64,000 nt of DNA from Hormiphora californensis (Eukaryota; Animalia; Ctenophora). The notes beneath the pieces were generated by a model. It was given only the letters and a program-made list of their open reading frames with translations. It was not told the DNA's origin and did no database searches. Within the stretch, counting starts at the first letter, position 1; each line of letters begins with the position of its first letter. The stretch lies in NCBI GenBank assembly GCA_020137815.1, contig CM035355.1, positions 1,178,001 through 1,242,000 of the forward strand, given 5' to 3'. The translations under genes were made by a program, and so were the position numbers. Of the stretch, positions 23,913 to 35,999 are shown piece by piece.

Positions 23913-25460
23913 ATGGTAGCGGGTCTATGTATTGTTCCGATGAACTTTGGTGTGAACTTCCTGGAATTTGATGGTCTTAATGACCTAGAAATGACATGCT
24001 GTGGAGGGGAGAGACTCCGAACAAGTTCATTCCCTCTGGCCCTCAATAGTCCTGTGTTATGTGACTTAGTGGGTGTTCAAAAAATGAAGGAACTCGATGT
24101 GGAGGACTTCTCCCGATCCTCAGTTCTCTGTTTCATCCAATCCTGCTACTCCGGATCTACAGCTGTCAGCCGTGAAAACTTTCGAGAGGTGAACAAACTG
24201 AGTGCAGTGTTCAAGGTGGAATGGATGATAAAAGAGTGTCTTGAGTTTTACACTGACCTCTGCTCCGAGTTGAGCTCCCTTGAAAATGTTCGTTTTCTGT
24301 TCGAGGAAGCGGCATACATACTGAGGGAGAGGAACAACAAGGACCTTCAAGATGCACTGAACAATGGACTGCTGAATTTCCCAGATCTCCGGTTATCCCT
24401 TGTGCAGGATTTCATGTCTCGTGATCCCAACAAACAGGAGTTGGCGTGTACTGACCTGTGCCTCTCCCTCGCTGGAAGTGCTATCCCAGCTCTCTACAGT
24501 GGACTGATTAAAATGATATCAGGCAGAACCCCTCCTGTACAACTTACAGTTGCTGAAAAACGGTTCCTCCCCCAGACGCTGACGGTGTGCTTCCGGTCTG
24601 ACTCTGATGTTTATCTTCAACTTGTGGACACCCTGCAGACAACATTATGCAAGGAGGATATTGAGGTTCTACTAAAACCTCTTTGTAATGTTTTTCATAA
24701 CTTAGCAGAGCTCTGTGATGAAGATCAGAAGGTAGTTTATCCGATAGAACTGCCGGCTTTGAAGGACTGTAAAACCTTGTTGGATGCTATTCGAATCTTT
24801 GATCGGGAACCACGAATTCAATCTTGGATCCAGTTTGCGGATTGTGTCGGTTACTATTGTTTTACCAATCGAGGAATGTGCGAGGATTCGGAAGTTTTGG
24901 AGGCTTTAAACGTATCACTAGAAAAGCGGTATAAAAACTATCCCTACAGTACGTGCAATGTAACTGGGTTAGGATTGGAACGGAGATTGAGAGATTTTCC
25001 AATGTTGCTGGACGTCTTCAATAGATATGAACAAGGGAGAGAAGCTGGTCACCTGCGTTTAGAGTTCGGGAAACGCCTTAAACCTCCGTGTAAACTTTTG
25101 AAAACTGCATTCCTTGATATTCATGATAGTCCTAGTTTTTGTGAGCACAACCCCCAACCCACACACAAGAGGTGTAAGGTTGCAGTGAATTTCTTTCTTG
25201 TTGTAAGAGATCAGGATAGTTTTCCAACCTTTACTATCGAGTTGGAGAAAGATAGCTCAATTCTTGATGCTCAATCAGATACCCACTTCCACCAAGAACC
25301 CGATATTTTGAAAACCATTGTCGTACAAGAGCATCGCAATGGTGTATGTATGAATTTTACAAGTAATCTAAATAAAGAACCATGCCATAACTTCTGCTAT
25401 TATCTAGCAGAATCTGCTATATTCACAATACGCTGGCCCTTGATTTCCTCGCCCGTGTGA
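23913..25460 (+). CDS. Intronless BTB/POZ-domain protein with an unrecognised C-terminal region
   Basis: Open frame of about 515 codons with the BTB pattern DLEMTC...LALNSPVL...ELDVEDFS...FIQSCYSG...NFREVNKLSAVFKVEWMIKEC. First ATG at 23913 (alternative 23940). Confidence 0.8.
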   Translation: MVAGLCIVPMNFGVNFLEFDGLNDLEMTCCGGERLRTSSFPLALNSPVLCDLVGVQKMKELDVEDFSRSSVLCFIQSCYSGSTAVSRENFREVNKLSAVFKVEWMIKECLEFYTDLCSELSSLENVRFLFEEAAYILRERNNKDLQDALNNGLLNFPDLRLSLVQDFMSRDPNKQELACTDLCLSLAGSAIPALYSGLIKMISGRTPPVQLTVAEKRFLPQTLTVCFRSDSDVYLQLVDTLQTTLCKEDIEVLLKPLCNVFHNLAELCDEDQKVVYPIELPALKDCKTLLDAIRIFDREPRIQSWIQFADCVGYYCFTNRGMCEDSEVLEALNVSLEKRYKNYPYSTCNVTGLGLERRLRDFPMLLDVFNRYEQGREAGHLRLEFGKRLKPPCKLLKTAFLDIHDSPSFCEHNPQPTHKRCKVAVNFFLVVRDQDSFPTFTIELEKDSSILDAQSDTHFHQEPDILKTIVVQEHRNGVCMNFTSNLNKEPCHNFCYYLAESAIFTIRWPLISSPV

Positions 25461-25721
25461 ACAGAGAAGCCTGGATTTGCACCGTGTTTTCTACAAAGAT
25501 GTTTCAGTAAAGCTGTTAGCTGCAAACAACATGGTGTTTTCGTACTTTGTACATTTTCTTTGTGTTTGCTTCATATCGAATTTTATGGAACGATCTAATT
25601 TTTTATCCTTATAAAGTTATTATTTTTTTAATCTTTTTTAAACATTAATTACCTTGTAACACCACTAACACACTTATAACTCTCCTTTCGCCCCTTATAG
25701 CCAAGTCTCCACTCCTTCAAG

Positions 25722-25889
25722 ATGCTATACTGGCGAGCAGCAGGATTGAACTACCTACAGTTCTCAAGGATTGCTGCCCAGGCCGTCCGACGAGGACTGA
25801 AACCCGAGGCAAAGGAGATCGCCCTCAAGGCTGAGGAGGGACTTATGAAGAAGACCAAGTGGGAGGGAGGCAAGGCAATCAAGGCCTAA
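25722..25889 (+). CDS. ATP5F1E: Mitochondrial ATP synthase F1 subunit epsilon (55 aa, missed by the ORF track)
   Basis: MLYWRAAGLNYLQFSRIAAQAVRRGLKPEAKEIALKAEEGLMKKTKWEGGKAIKA* matches the WRxAGLxYxxxSxIxAxAVRxxLK family signature. Confidence 0.95.
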   Translation: MLYWRAAGLNYLQFSRIAAQAVRRGLKPEAKEIALKAEEGLMKKTKWEGGKAIKA

Positions 25890-26366
25890 TATGTGATACA
25901 CACAGACCTTCCATAATTCGTAAATTATTATTATCTCTCGCGTTATAGATTTTGTAAGAAGTGAACTTGGGATGTGTTTTGGCTTCTTTGATAACCCTTG
26001 GCACTGTTCAAACTTTTCAAACTTTTGTTATGCTCCAGTACACTTATGCGTGTGTGTGTGTGTTTGTGTGCAACATGTTGAGAATGTATATATGGAACTG
26101 GAAGTGTGTACTGTGCAAGTGAATGTAAGTGTCCCAAAACTATGTCACACTTTTGCCGAACTTGAGCTACGCGCGGTTTGCAACTGCACTCCGCGCGAGC
26201 AAAGCACTAACTGTCAGCGTAACCAGAAAATTCGGGAAACAGTGCCAAGGGAAAGCTGCGTGTTTTCACGATAACCACTCCCCAAACAACAAACCTAACT
26301 TCCCCAGTCCCTTACAACACAACCTCTTTACCTATAAATCACCCTCCTCTCTATCTCTCTATAGCA

Positions 26367-28166
26367 ATGGCACTGTGGGGCCAGGGTGATCCTAGATGGA
26401 TTGTCGAGGAGAGAGAAGATACCAAGAATGTGAACAATTGGCATTGGTCGGAGGTTGACGCGAGCAACTCCAGTAAGAAGTTCTTTAAAGAGAAATTCCT
26501 GGAGCTTTCAGTCACTGGTACTGAGGGTAGTGTCCGTGTCAGCGAGGTATGTCTTTATTGTTACCATGGTAACCAATAATAATAATATCAGATAACTAAC
26601 TTGTGTTTGTAACTATGATAATACTAACTGTATTGTCCTGACACAACAAGTAACCATCTGTTCAGGTTACTAAGTGTAATGGAGAGGCGACTGTTAACAA
26701 CAGGAAAGGGAAGGTTATCTATTTTTATGAGTGGGATATAGAGTTGAAATGGTGCGGTAAGACAGCAATGAGTAATGATAACATAACTGGGAAAATTATC
26801 ATTGAAAATGTCAGCGAAGAAAACACGGTAGGTACTATAGATTGTTATTTTGGTGGTCAAATCTGTTTAACTGATTGCCAGCTCCTCCCCCCTAGCTCTA
26901 ACACAACCTCCACCACTATCCCCTAATCAACATCACTCTCCCTCTCTCTAAAGGAAGATGAGGTTGACATCACGACACGACAGGAGAAAAGTGGAACTGA
27001 ACATAATAAACTACATCAAATTGTCAAACAACAACGTGAGTGCTGCAACTCTTTTAAACTGTTTATTCTTTGTATCTGTATGTGAGATCCTGAACAAGAT
27101 AAGGAATGTCTAGAGTTTTATTCCCAAAAGACACACTCCTCTTTCAGTTGCACCCAAGTGCCGAGAGATAATCGGACAGTATATTCAGTATCTCCAGACT
27201 ACACATGGTAAACAGGTCGTACTACCTACCAAGGCTGCCGGACAGGGAATTAACGCTGTTACAACAAAAACTAAACCCGATTCGGTTAGTTGGGGAAAGT
27301 TCAGTTTAATTAAAACCCAACATTATCCCACATCGCCACCGCTAACACTGATATCATCCAGGTGAACTCAATCAAGAAACAAATGGACGCTGCTGTTATA
27401 TCAAAAAGTGGGCCAAAGAAGACAGAAAATGTAACCCTCCAAAGGACAGAGTTTTCTCTGAAAGACACTTTCAAATGTAGAAGAGAGGAACTGTTCCAGT
27501 GTTTTGTAAACCCAGGTAGATGGTTTGGATGGGTTACCATGGTAACCAGTTAGTGTGAAACAAAGTGACACCATGGTAACATAATGGTAACCACTAACCA
27601 CCCACTCTCACCCAGATCGTATGAAGGCATATTTACGTGGTGAGGCGGATGTAGATCCCCGAGAATCTGGAAAGTTTTCACTTCTTGCTGGGGCCATTAC
27701 TGGTACTTACCTGGAAATCCAACCTGAGGACAAGATCCAACAACATTGGAGGTAGGAAGTTGTGACAACTGATAGTAATTGTTAGATGTGTTGGGCACTT
27801 GGAATCTCCTCCTCCAGCTTACTAGCCTCTAGGGCCCCCTCTAGGGTCGCCGATCGTGCAAATATTTATCAGTTTGGTCATTTCTGTCAGGTTCAAAGAT
27901 TGGCCCGCCGATATGTTCAGTTCAGTGACTCTAACCTTCAAGGATACCGGATCCAGTACTGAGCTAACTCTTCACCAGGTGCGTGTTTAACACCCTTTTA
28001 ATTAAACTCTAAAGGATTATTTATACCCGAGATATCAAACAACTGAACAACATATTTTCAGACGGGCGTGCCACAGTACTCACTGGACCAAATCAAACAA
28101 GGCTGGACTCGCTATTACTTCCAACCCATCAAAATGACCTTTGGTTACGGAGCTGGGTCGTTGTAA
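26367..28166 (+). CDS. AHSA1: Activator of Hsp90 ATPase (Aha1), 8 exons
   Basis: MALWGQGDPRWIVEEREDTKNVNNWHW, GEATVNNRKGKVIYFYEW, ENVSEEN and the C-terminal QHWRFKDWP...GWTRYYFQPIKMTFGYG. All junctions are GT-AG and in frame. Confidence 0.97.
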
Positions 28167-28578
28167 CAGGCAATTCCGTGGTTTCAAACTACATTTTAGT
28201 TCGCTGTGGGCGTGAGAGAACTGCAACGAGAGAGAGTGTGAGAGTGAGTGGGAGTTTCTATTTTTCTCTAGTGTGTGACGACCCACATGTGAGTTAGTGA
28301 GACCTGTGTGTGTGTACATATATATTTATTACCGTCCCCTTCCCAGTTGGAAGGTAAGCGGAGTCTGGCCCCACAGATCACATTCTGACTGTGCGAGCTC
28401 TTATTGTTATTGTTGTTGTTGAGACGGTCCTTGAATTTATCTCGTTTTAATTACCCCTATCACTGATTAACCACCCACCCAATGATTTGCCCAAAACATT
28501 TTCCAAATCCTCTTTATAGCAACCAACAATGTATAACATATATCCCGACTAATAAATCCCTGCCCATTAGCAGCCATC

Positions 28579-31500
28579 ATGTCATCAGAGATAGCAGTCC
28601 TCACCCCCGCTGATACGGAGAAGATGGACCAAACAGAGACCACGAGAAAGAGGCCCAGGGAGGGAAAGAAGAAGAAGAAGGATGGGAGGAAGGTGGCGAA
28701 GAAGATGTCTTGGACAAATAAACAGAGAGCCCTGGTATTTGCAGCACGTGGAATTACATTCCATGCTCGACACCTGATGAATGATCTGAGGGTGTTGATG
28801 CCCCACTCAAAAACAGGTAACCATGGTAGCCATGGTAACGGGGGGGGGGGGGTGTATGGTTCTGTATGTTTGACGAGCGTTGTCATGCTTGAATGGGTTT
28901 GTACATGTATCGATAAATTCATGACTTTTATCTAAAACTGCTGTTATATTTTAAAACTTCTCGAATCATGTGACGCCAGCGCTAAAAAGAAGTGAAATGG
29001 CGTTGAATGTGACCGATACAAAAAATGCTTGGTCTCATTTCGCCCACTGGCCTGCTTCCTACGTTAAATTGTTCTACTGCTTTCGCTGCCCTTTAGAAAC
29101 AAACAGTTTTTTCCATCATGTCAGGAGAAAACCTAATTTCAAATTATGTACTCGATTGGTTCGACTCAAGTTACGGCAAACATTGTTATATATGGTTCCA
29201 CAGGTGACCTGTAATTGTGTAGACTGTAGTGCTCTTTATCTTTTTCAAAATGTGCAAAAAATTAGGGTTGTCCGTCCTCTCGTTCTCTGGCCCGTGCTTC
29301 AATTTATTAAGGTTTCTGACTATTTTAGAAGTAGTAGAGTCGATAAGCAAACTCACCTCCTCTGATTTCAATGAAACTTCTCTCATGCTAAAATATGGTA
29401 ATGGGGGTACAAATACCGCTTATTTTGAGTCCGGAAAACTTTTGGTTCGTTAATTATCGCTAATTGAAAAACGCCAAAATGGCCTAAAATTGCCCTTAAC
29501 ATGGTTTTGAAATTTTGGAGTTGGAACTCCAGACTTTGTAGAGATGTCCGCTAGGATGCCAAAATGCACCAAAAGTGGGCTCAGGCCCAAATTCATCCGA
29601 ATTTTTGCGTAAGACCGGATGGACTGAATTTTGGTCACGTGACTTCGGCTAACTTCTGAACCATTGAAGTAAGGGAGGTTTATAGGGGGCTTAATCGATG
29701 CAGAAAGAGATAAAAATGACACGTAATGACCCTATTTTTCATCTCCGACGCACAGGAAAGGCACAAATGGCAAAACAAAATTGACGCCATCTAGTCTCCC
29801 GCTCTTTTTTTCAAAACTCTAACTTCTGAACCGTTGGAGTAAGGAATATTTATAGGGGGCTTAAAAGATGCAGAAAAGAAAAAAAATGAGACGAAATGAC
29901 CTTCTTTTTCATCTCCGACGTGCATGAAAGGCACAAATAGCAAAAAACTGATTTTGGAGCCAATTCACGTGACCAAAATTCAGTCCATCCGGTCTTATGC
30001 AAAAATTCGGATGAATTTGGGCCTGAGCCCACTTTTGGTGCATTTTGGCATCCTAGCGGACATCTCTACAAAGTCTGGAGTTCCAACTCCAAAATTTCAA
30101 AACCATGTTAAGGGCAATTTTAGGCCATTTTGGCGTTTTTCAATTAGCGATAATTAACGAACCAAAAGTTTTCCGGACTCAAAATAAGCGGTATTTGTAC
30201 CCCCATTACCATATTTTAGCATGAGAGAAGTTTCATTGAAATCAGAGGAGGTGAGTTTGCTTATCGACTCTACTAAAGGGCGTGCAGGAATAGTCCAGGT
30301 ATCCGGGTTTCCACCCTGTTTAAGAATTTCACGGTTCTGCGTTGGTTAGTCATGCACGTGTCAGCCTCAATGTGACACGATATTATTGGGAATAGTGAGA
30401 GGGAGAGAGAGAGGGAGCTGAGAGAGTGAGAATAATACCGTGGATGCATTTATATTATGATAGACACATGTAATAGTGAAGCCAATTTAGTCTGAATATA
30501 TGAACATTGTTGTAACTTTTTTCTTTTCGTACAATTTGCCTCTAGAATAATCCATTGCATTTACTTTAGTAGATCAGCTGTGAATGTTTAAAAAATCAGA
30601 CTTTCTTATCTTCGCCCTTTGTCGAGAGCCTCTTTCTCTTTTTATCCCTCTCTCTAAATATATCTCCTATCTTTCTCTCTTTCCTTCCCTCTTTCTACCA
30701 CTGATGACTGCACCGTGCAATTCGATTCCTGATAAGAATGCTCGCCCACCAAGTCGCACTCATTTTGAATCACACTCAATCCTTCCTACGCTGTAGTCAC
30801 TACTTTGCTGTTTTCTTTTGTCTGATGGACCGATTTAAACGTTATGCTGCCGCTGGTGTGCTCCTCTCAGCACTATATGTCGAAATGGCCGCCAGGTATT
30901 TACAAACCTCTCAGATTCTGTCATTGACCTCTCGTTACCAATATATCATGTTTCCTAAATCAGACCCTCTACACCGAAAGAAGCAACAAATTGAAATTCT
31001 ACAACTCCTACAGGTTCGGTATACCCATTGTTATGATTGGCGGTATGTTAAAACCTGACGACTGTACTCAAGGAACACCACTCTGCTGGTCAGAGTCCAC
31101 CAAGGCGAACGTCATTGGATCTTTCTTCTATGGCCTAGCAGGACAATTCTTTGTGGTGTGTCTTGTAAAGTGGTTTGACAAGTTTACAGTCTGTTTCCGG
31201 GTATGGCTAGTTCTCTGTATCATCTCCCAGTTCCTGTACCCCTCTCTAGCGGTTACCTCACCCGTTATCCTAATGGTTATCCAGGTTATCCGGGGCTTTG
31301 GAACTGGTGTCAGCGTCGCCTATCACTTGGAATTTCTGAACCGATGGCTCCCAAAATGCGAACAAAACACTTACATCTCTATAGTGGGGATGGTTAATTT
31401 CCTTGGTAACGGTACTGCCGGGCTGCTGGCTAGTTGGATTAATGATACGTATGGGTGGAAGTTCTACTTCTACTCCGGTGGGGTCATGTTTGTGGTGGTG

Positions 31501-33812
31501 CTGATCCTTCATGTCCTATTCCTGGCTCTGTGGCCCAAGGATACTCTGTTCGAGAAGCTGATGGGAGGGAGCGATGGGGAGCATGAAATGGAGGATATTG
31601 GCCATGTTGAGGAGAATAAAGTTAGCATTGAAGAGTTTGATGCTGAGATAAAGCCAGCTGATGATATGAAGATCACCCCAGATGAGATAGAGCTTGAAAA
31701 CAATTGTACAGATACCAAAACCGATGCCGTGGCAGAGTCTCCTCCCCCTGATACCTCTCAAATGTTCTCACTTCGTGACATTCTCAGCCGCTCCTACACC
31801 TGGGTTTTCTCTCTGTACGCCCTCTCGTGGGTCCTATGTCTCTACAACACTCTAAACACTGCCCCTTTCTACCTCTCAAATGTGCTGGGTATCGACGCTA
31901 CCACAATCTCTATCCTTAACTTTGCCCTTTGTATGACCATCGTCGTGTTTACCATTTTCTACTCCTTCCTCGGCCAAAAGTTGGATCAGTATCTTCCCTG
32001 GCTAACCTGCCGACTAACCTTTGCTATTGTGCCCATGATAATCCAAGTGGTGGTATTCGCTGCTTTCCCGCACATACAAACCTTTAGAGGGGCCATAGTA
32101 CTGTTAGTGGTATCTACCATCGCTTCTGCATCACTGTTTAGCTGCTCTGTGGTATCTGCAAACATAGAAATGGATCCAGCAAATGCCTCGGTTATCCAGG
32201 CTTTTTTCAATGGTATTGGTCAGTCCTCCGGGTTCCTGGGTCCTGTGTTCATGGCATACTTCACTAAGGATGATCCTTCCTCTACGGCAGGATGGGCCAA
32301 GTTCTTTTACACCTTATCCGGGGTTGCTGTTCTTGCTATATCTGGGATAGTGGCTAGTGCCGTGTTTAGGAAAGTAGAGTGGCAGAATAGGAGTCTGAGT
32401 GGGAAACCTTACAAGACAAATTAGTGTTTTTAGGGTTTAATACCTGCTTCAAAATCAAGAACATGTTTTAATTTGACTGGAAGTTGGTAGTATAAGATAA
32501 AGTGACGTTTCAAACCCCAATGTATTTTGTGTGTTGGAATGCATCAAATATTTATTAAACCTTTATTAAACCACGTTTTTTAAAAGCTGTCAATTACGTC
32601 AACGCAATGAACAATTACCGCCATTTAGTGCTTACGTTGCTACCACAGCAGTGATTGTATAATAATGGGATGTGGGATGTGAGGGGTGGGGGAAACTTTC
32701 GGGAGAAGGTAAAATAAACTGTGATCTATCCCAAAATTCCCCCACCATCCAGATTCCAAGTTGGAGAGAAAAGAGGGGTTGTTTGCAATCAACGAGGTCT
32801 GTGAAATGAAGAATTGCAATATGACCATGTTCTTTGAAATGCGGAAGAAACTTGACCTGTACATGTGGTTGTCCATGGTGCCCAATGGGCCCTCCGCTAG
32901 GTGAGAGAAAACAACCCGCCTATTTTGTTTCCTGCCTCCATGGTCCACCAGATATATAATTTCCGTCCTGCTCCATTTTCTAAAGTTCAATTCACTACAG
33001 GTTCTTGGTTCAGAACGTTCACACGATGGATGAGTTGAGGTTAACAGGTAACCACCTGAGGGGCAGCAGACCTCTTGTGACTTTTGATAAAACCTTTGAT
33101 GAACAGCCTCACCTTTCTCTTCTCAAGGAAATGCTGAAACAGGTAACACTCGTCAGAAAGTAGTATACCTCTTAAATCACATTTTATTCTGAGATGTCAA
33201 TTCCACCAAGTTTTTATCACCTAAATTACATTCCAATGTCGGCAACTGAAGATAACATCAATTTTTAACATCATCCATCCGGCTACCTTTGTCTAGCTAT
33301 CTATCTCCTATCAGATGTTTGGAACCCCCAACGTCCACCCAAAGAGTAAGCCTTTCTTCGACCACATTATCGGCTTCACCAACTTCGACGGGCGGATTTG
33401 GTTCCGGAATTTCCAGATTTCTGATGAGGAAAAGGGAGGGCTTGTAGAGGTGGGACCCCGGTTTTGTTTGTGGCCGATCAAGATTTTCAGTGGCAGTTTC
33501 AGTGGTGAGGTGATATATGAGAATCCGGACTACAAGAGTCCTAATCAGTACAGAAACGAGATGAAAATGGAGGCAGCCAACAGGTAAATAATTATCAAAT
33601 TAAAATGAAATACATTAGGGTTTCCATTTTGAAAAATCCAAAAGAAATGTTCTTCTGCTCCCCTCTTCTTTATCTGTCCAATTTCTTCCAGGTACAAGTT
33701 GAAGGCCCAGAAGACAGCAGCTAAGTTAGCCCAGGAGAAAGAGATCGTACCCAAGGAGGATGAACTCGATCAAATCTTCCACACCATCACCCAGGACGAA
33801 TTAGCAGGGTAG
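28579..33812 (+). CDS. BRIX1: Ribosome biogenesis protein BRX1, 5 exons
   Basis: Exons 28579-28816, 32753-32900, 33001-33142, 33315-33583 and 33692-33812 give WTNKQRALVFAARGI, CEMKNCN, DLYMW, NVHTMDELRLTGN, HPKSKPFFDH, IWFRNFQI and EVGPRF. Confidence 0.97.
29332..30275. mobile_element. 944-bp foldback element in BRIX1 intron 1
   Basis: About 310-bp near-perfect inverted arms starting TAGTAGAGTCGATAAGC. The centre has two diverged direct repeats with a 170-bp period (29651, 29821). Confidence 0.9.
30825..32424 (+). CDS. SLC17/sialin-like MFS anion transporter nested on the same strand in BRIX1 intron 1
   Basis: Exon 1 30825-30895 (MDRFKRYAAAGVLLSALYVEMAAR) splices to 31014. Motifs WSESTKANVIGSFFYG, IRGFGTG, RWLPKCE, YGWKFYFY and NGIGQSSGFLGP, plus many TM segments. 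Confidence 0.85.
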
Positions 33813-33841
33813 TGTTACCATGGTAACATGGGGCGCGTTAA

Positions 33842-35232
33842 GGGTACGCTAACCAAAATTTTTTTTCGAGTGCAGGGAAATCTCTCACCGTAGGGTTGTA
33901 GGCCATGCCAAGGAGACCTCAAATATGCAATTTGAGCTCTCAAGTCGAATTCATATTTTTGCTACAGCTGCTTGAAAAATGAACTGTAAATACGTTTTTG
34001 GCATCTCAAAAAAAATTTTTTAAAGATAGAAGCATGAAAATTTGGGGATTTGAAGAGGACATGAAGGGGAATAACCACAAAAAATTTTTTTGCAATCCGA
34101 GCTGATTTCCGGTCCCGAGATGGATTTCTTTTTTTCCACTTTAACGCCCTATTTGGCAAAGTTCCGAAAACATGTGAAAGCTGTAAATTGGTGAAAAGTT
34201 TCGTCTAACGATTATCTAAGTGGCCATAAATTTTGGGCGTGTCCTTATTTGAGATAAGCTGTACAGAGTTTTTTTTGTGAAAGCCGTCATTTCAGAAATA
34301 AATAAATTGCCTGTATCTCAAAAACGGCTGATCGTAGAGACCTGAGACTATGCTTAAACGATTCAGAAGGTCCGATTTTGGGTGGGTCTTCTGAGAGACA
34401 TTTTGCTCCTACTTCAACCGTTTTTGCTGTAATTGCGAAAAACAAAAAACCATCTTCGCCATCGTGGATTTTTTGTGATTTTGTTTTTGGTGATTATAGG
34501 GACCCATATGGACCAAATAGTGAAGGAATTAGCTTGTTACACATTTTTCCATAGTTTCGGTCCTTTCTTAGCCACAATTCCCTAATTACAGGATATTGGA
34601 GTTTAGCTTTTGCCCTTTCCATAGAATTTGTTTTTCGCAATTACAGCAAAAAACGGTTGCAGTAGGAGCAAAATGTCTCTCAGAAGACCCCCCCAAAATC
34701 GGACCTTCTGAATCGTTTAAGCATAGTCTCAGGTCTCTACGATCAGCCGTTTTTGAGATACAGGCAATTTATTTATTTCTGAAATGACGGCTTTCACAAA
34801 AAAAACTCTGTACAGCTTATCTCAAATAAGGACACGCCCAAAATTTATGGCCACTTAGATAATCGTTAGACGAAACTTTTCACCAATTTACAGCTTTCAC
34901 ATGTTTTCGGAACTTTGCCAAATAGGGCGTTAAAGTGGAAAAAAAGAAATCCATCTCAGGACCGGAAATCAGCTCGGATTGCAAAAAAATTTTTTGTGGT
35001 TATTCCCCTTCATGTCCTCTTCAAATCCCCAAATTTTCATGCTTCTATCTTTAAAAAATTTTTTTTGAGATGCCAAAAACGTATTTACAGTTCATTTTTC
35101 AAGCAGCTGTAGCAAAAATATGAATTCGACTTGAGAGCTCAAATTGCATATTTGAGGTCTCCTTGGCATGGCCTACAACCCTACGGTGAGAGATTTCCCT
35201 GCACTCGAAAAAAAATTTTGGTTAGCGTACCC
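33842..35232. mobile_element. 1.39-kb foldback DNA transposon with TTAA flanks and GG...CC ends (Kolobok-like, non-autonomous)
   Basis: TTAA|GGGTACGCTAACC...GGTTAGCGTACCC|TTAA with about 600-bp arms. Related internally to 50545-51847. Confidence 0.92.
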
Positions 35233-35877
35233 TTAACATGGTAACAAGGAATGACCTCACCCAAACCGTGTGACGACTTCTGGAAATACGTGACCTGGTT
35301 ATTCTGTGCGTGTCGGGGAAATAATGCTTTTAAATGGACTACCACTCAGCCTGTTTGTTTTATCACGTGACTGGCAACTTTTAATGGGTTCAACTAATTT
35401 ATTACCAATTTCCATCTCTTTTAACGAATATTATGAGTTTCATTGTTTCTTTCATTGTTACCATGGCAACTGTGCATTTCCTCAATTTATATCTCTCTCC
35501 CCCTCCTCTCTTTTATCAATTACACGGTTTTCTTTTTGGCTTCCGGCCAGTTCGTGATTTGTGTTTTCTCTATCCACGTCTACCTCTCTTCAAACATCGT
35601 ACATGTGTCGCTGCGGTTCGGATGATTTTCTGACTTAATTACTTCTTTCAGTCCGGTTTTTAGAAATCTTCCACGCCCTTGTATTAGCCTTCTTGTCCCT
35701 ATCACAGCTGCGGCTACATAACAGTCACCGGTATATCAAGTATTTCTCTAATTTTTTTGCCACCACCCGTTTTTACTTGCGGTACTTCTACTACCATTTC
35801 TACTACCATTTCTCTTCATTCTTCCATCTATAATAGGCGATCTAAAATTGGCCTACTGCATCAATTGTAATTACTGT

Positions 35878-35999
<122 letters not shown>

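Noticed and set aside
33838-35236. piggyBac assignment because of TTAA flanks
   Set aside because: The ends are GG...CC or AG...CT rather than the CC...GG typical of piggyBac; Kolobok-like fits better.
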